Of a stretch of 46,536 nt of DNA, positions 44,727 through 46,536 are shown one piece after another. A program made the translations under genes and the position numbers. Positions within the stretch are counted from its first letter, which is position 1; every line of letters starts with the position of its first letter. The notes under the pieces were generated by a model. The model saw only the letters and a list, made by a program, of their open reading frames with translations. It did not search any database and was not told the origin of the DNA. The stretch spans positions 1 to 46,536 of the forward strand of contig NIVC01004423.1 of the NCBI GenBank assembly GCA_002269645.1. The letters run 5' to 3'. Origin of the DNA: Macrostomum lignano. Lineage: Eukaryota.

Positions 44727-46536
44727 GTTCAGCACGCCTGTGTAGCATGAGACAGACCAGGCCTACGAGTTAAGGTCTGCGATCCTACACACCTGCACCC
44801 CCTCTATTCTGGTGCAGGAATGGCAGGAGAACTCTCTCCAAGCTGACGATCACAAGCCGACCCAGGGGTTCACGCCCCGCATGTGTTCAAGGCAGCTCTA
44901 GGCTGCTGGACTGACTGGGCTCCGGCGGCGGCAACCCATCCGTGCCAGCTGGCCAATTTGGGTACGGGCCCCGCCCGGAAGTGAACCTGTGCGTATCAGG
45001 TACCTCTGGCCACGGCTCTGAGGAACAGGTATCACCCTCTGACTTTAACAGGGTATGCGGCCAGTCCCGCAGGCTCCGGGGACAGCCTCTTGTCCCCCTC
45101 AAGTGTTAGCACGCGCTGATGGTCCTTTGGTTCGGCTCTGGTTTTTCCAAGCCGGGCTCTTTAGCCGGGGAGTTTCTCGGTTGCTAGCGTCGGGCCGGTA
45201 AGGGCTTAAGCCACCCCCGGTCGCTACCTCTTGGCCTGGCTGTTGGGTTTGGGGTTACGGCCAGCGGCTTCTCACTCAGATAGTCCCTAGGCCTTTCAGC
45301 GACTCATGGAGTATTCATTTACTTCCGACACGTCTGAAGCTGCTGGAGTACCAACCGAGGTTGGTACGCGGCCCAGCCGGACATTGCACACCGGAACCCC
45401 AGTGCCTCTCAGTCAGCCCTGCCGCCGCTCAGGATAATACCGGAGTGGCTGGACAAGACAGCGGACCTCAGATTTCTAAAAAGAAGGCCCGTAGCATTGC
45501 TCGCTACAAAGCTTTTCTCCAACGCAAAGCGGAGGAACGGAGGAATGCGAAAGCCGCCCCTCCGGCCGCCTCCGAGGAGGGTGCCGGTAACTCTGCGAAC
45601 CCGCGGAGGAGCCGACATCCGACAAGGGGGTGGACCCCGCGCGCCGGTCTGATGCGTCAGGTGCCGCCGAAGCTCCTGTGCGGCTGGCCCCTCTCGTGAC
45701 GGGACCTCTGCCCGTGTGGAAGCTCCCACGGCCGTGGAGGGATCCAAAGCGGGGGTGCTGGCCAAACCACCGAGCCAAAGTGCACCTATGCGGCTATGGC
45801 CAAGAGGCAGCCGGCCCTGATTATCCAAGGCCAGGAGACGCCTCTTAAGGCCGAACAGCTCGACCTACTCTGGCGCAGGTCGGACTCCCACCTGGTCTAG
45901 ATGGCCTTGAGTGTACCGCTATTCAAGTCCAAAAGACGAAAGTCGAGGACCAAGCCCTCCATATCCAGCCCGCCGACAGTCAGTCGGGACAGCAGCTCCT
46001 CGAGATGCTGAAAGCATTCGACTGGGGTACGGAGTTGAAAACCTGTTTATCTATAAGGAGGACGAGCGACCCCGGACACACCGGCACCGTGCCTGGATTC
46101 CGGCTCGCAGCTGCATCACCAAGGCCGACGAGCTGGCGTCGCCTGCTAGTGGCTACCAACCCGGAGCTACCGCAAACGGTGTCGTAGTTCACGAGACCAT
46201 CTCCAAGCCGGGCGGAGACGGTTTCACGGCTATTCTTGACTGTCGATAGCTGATGCTCCGCTATCCGGACATGTCCATCATCTCTGTCGGCTGATGCAGA
46301 TTCAGCTCTTTAGCTTTGAGTCTGACGCCACCCGCCCACCGCCCCGGAGAAGCGTAAGCGGGCAGTCGGGGCTCTGCCAGGCAGAAACGCCAGGAAAAGA
46401 AGCTCCCGTTCGTCTCGACCCCTCGAGGACGTGGACCCTGTCAGAGGGAAAGCCGCGAAAGCTGCAGCAACAGGCGGACGTGGAAAGGGCCGGAAACCCT
46501 CCCCCCCGGAACACTATCCGCTCTGGTCTGACTCAG
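44727..46536 (+). mobile_element. Probable 5' end (UTR plus frameshifted ORF1/gag-like region) of a non-LTR retrotransposon, possibly R1/LOA-like; runs off the window
   Basis: Abrupt GC-rich, hairpin-rich segment. Coding-like fragments across shifting frames (KKKARSIARYKAFLQRKAEERR, TYAAMAKRQPALIIQG, HRAWIP, LLVATNPEL) recall LINE ORF1 (DUF4780-like) motifs. No RT in the window. Confidence 0.4.

Overview
Eukaryotic (animal) genomic DNA with GC-rich exons and GT-AG introns often filled by tandem repeats. The style suggests a macrostomid flatworm such as Macrostomum, but this is inference only. I spliced seven protein-coding genes by hand: TTLL5 (-, 7 exons, three apparent -1 frameshifts), MIX23/CCDC58 (+, absent from the ORF track), HDAC6 (+, 15 exons), a putative neuropeptide precursor with 24 KK-flanked WLSDGFRN-type copies (-), a calmodulin-like gene (+), an intronless classical calpain (-, one frameshift), and a secreted Tyr/Ser/Pro-rich polyprotein with six KKR sites (-, one in-frame TAA). 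The two repeat polyproteins look like minisatellites in the ORF track. They become clear genes only after splicing to signal-peptide exons and noting that unit-to-unit variation is mostly synonymous in one frame. Non-coding highlights: an orphan heat-shock promoter (four perfect HSEs plus TATA), a 1 kb solo-LTR-like insert dense in AP-1/MEF2/CRE/FOX motifs, a hAT-type MITE with perfect TIRs and an 8 bp TSD, a foldback element, a tRNA-derived SINE, and the degenerate 5' end of a probable LINE. No database searches were run; homology calls come from remembered family motifs. Repeat boundaries are approximate.
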